Positions 62,849-64,000 of a DNA stretch of 64,000 nucleotides are shown piece by piece. Both the position numbers and the translations under genes were made by a program. The notes under the pieces were generated by a model that did no database searches, was not told the DNA's origin, and saw only the letters and a list, made by a program, of their open reading frames with translations. Source of the DNA: Gammaproteobacteria bacterium (lineage in GTDB: Bacteria; Pseudomonadota; Gammaproteobacteria; Ga0077536); assembly GCA_963662545.2 (NCBI GenBank), contig CAXXLL010000002.1:352001-416000 (forward strand), given 5' to 3'. Each line of letters begins with the position of its first letter. The first letter of the stretch is position 1.

Positions 62849-63928
62849 CTATTTCAGCGCGGCATCGAACGCATCGAACAGGCGTTCGAGATCGGCCGAC
62901 GAGATCTCGCCCATCGCGGAAATCCTGAATACGCGATCCGACAGAGCGCCCTGGCCGGCGTAAATGATGAAACCGCGAGCTTTTAAGATACGGTGGAGTT
63001 CGTCATAGGTCTTGCCGGGCGGTAGTTCGAACGCGTGGAGAACGCATGAGCAATCCCCGGCATCCAGCAGTGGGGTTACATCGAGTTTGACGAGACGATC
63101 GCGAATCGCGGCGAGCCTTGCGACGAACAACCGGCGTCTGGCCTGCCATCCGCCCGCCTCGATAAATTCATCCAGCGCCTCATCGAGGGCGTAAAACGTC
63201 TGGATGGATTGCGTGAAAGGCGTGCCGTTTTGATCCTGTCGCGCCAGGTAGTCGCGTAAATCGAGATAGACGGAACGACGTGCCGCATTGTGCTCGCCCA
63301 GCGCCGCACGCTTTACGATCACGAAGGCCGTCCCTGGCACCCCGTGCAGACATTTGTTGGCCGTCGCCGCGCACGCGTCGAGCTGCCAGTCGTCGAATTC
63401 GAGCGTTTCCGCTCCGAAGCTGCTGACGCCATCCAGAAGAAGGCGCACGCCCGCCGCCTGACAGATCTCGCCCAGGGTCGCGAGATCGTTGAGCCGGCCG
63501 GTAGTCGTCTCATGATGGACGGCGGCAATATGGGTGATAGAGGTACCGATCGATAAGGCGTTTTCTATTGCGGCCAGGTCCATTGGCTCGTCCCAGGCCG
63601 AAGCGATTCGTTTAAACGCGATACCGTGAGCTTCCGCAATACGGCTCATACGTTCGCCGTAAACGCCGTTTTCGACGACCAGCAACGAGCCATCGTCCGG
63701 TACGCAACTCGTTAACATGGCCTCCACCGCTGCGGTCCCCGATCCCGTAAGCAGCACCGCCGCCCAATCGGCCGCCGGCAGGTCGTAGATCCCGAGCAGC
63801 TTGCTGCGAAGGCCGCCCTGCAGTTCGGCGAATTCCACCTCGCGGTGACAGAGATCGGGCCGCAGCATGGCCGTTCGGACGCGTTCGCTCAGGGTGACGG
63901 GACCCGGATTGAGAAGAATAAGGTTCAA
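62849..63928 (-). CDS. 2-aminoethylphosphonate aminotransferase (PhnW/AepZ family)
   Basis: LLNPGPV, GSGTAAVE, HHETTTG.LN, DGVSSFG, ANKCLHGVPG, FIIYAGQG. Confidence 0.9.
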   Translation of the reverse strand: MNLILLNPGPVTLSERVRTAMLRPDLCHREVEFAELQGGLRSKLLGIYDLPAADWAAVLLTGSGTAAVEAMLTSCVPDDGSLLVVENGVYGERMSRIAEAHGIAFKRIASAWDEPMDLAAIENALSIGTSITHIAAVHHETTTGRLNDLATLGEICQAAGVRLLLDGVSSFGAETLEFDDWQLDACAATANKCLHGVPGTAFVIVKRAALGEHNAARRSVYLDLRDYLARQDQNGTPFTQSIQTFYALDEALDEFIEAGGWQARRRLFVARLAAIRDRLVKLDVTPLLDAGDCSCVLHAFELPPGKTYDELHRILKARGFIIYAGQGALSDRVFRISAMGEISSADLERLFDAFDAALK

Positions 63929-64000
63929 GTTCTCGTTCCTATGTGTTCCATTAGGCGTTCGAGCACGGCCGATGGGCTTATGGACGGCCGCGGCAGGGGG
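63925..64000 (-). CDS. C-terminus of probable phosphonopyruvate decarboxylase (truncated)
   Basis: PLPRPSISPSAVLERLMEHIGTRT*; stop overlaps the TTG start of the AEP transaminase; only 24 codons visible. Confidence 0.55.
   Translation of the reverse strand, partial: PLPRPSISPSAVLERLMEHIGTRT

Overview
GC-rich gammaproteobacterial chromosome segment made mostly of core genes: amt-glnK-amtB, aroE, dctQM, rsmA-pdxA-surA-lptD, mpl, ispG, msrB, pomAB-PilZ, dcd, apbC, metG, rnf-nth, fdxA-mutS, htpG-prmB-aroC-glcEF, hpn genes, dxs and a phosphonate cluster at the right edge. I saw no rRNA, tRNA, CRISPR array, phage gene or transposase. Notable points: (1) an RsbU/RsbW/RsbV-like partner-switching trio with no sigma factor nearby is coupled to an MCE (MlaEFD + PqiC-like) transporter; (2) the rnf operon keeps its cofactor ligands but lacks rnfC; (3) at least five families of MITE-like inverted-repeat elements use YTAR 4-bp targets, fall into ~160 and ~260 bp size classes, and show nested and minimal derivatives, and two copies of one family diverge with a codon-like synonymous bias; (4) a CHASE2 kinase/PP2C/FHA locus has frame disruptions in both kinase and phosphatase; (5) hopanoid genes lie next to 2-aminoethylphosphonate biosynthesis genes. 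All calls come from motif recognition by eye; no database searches were run.
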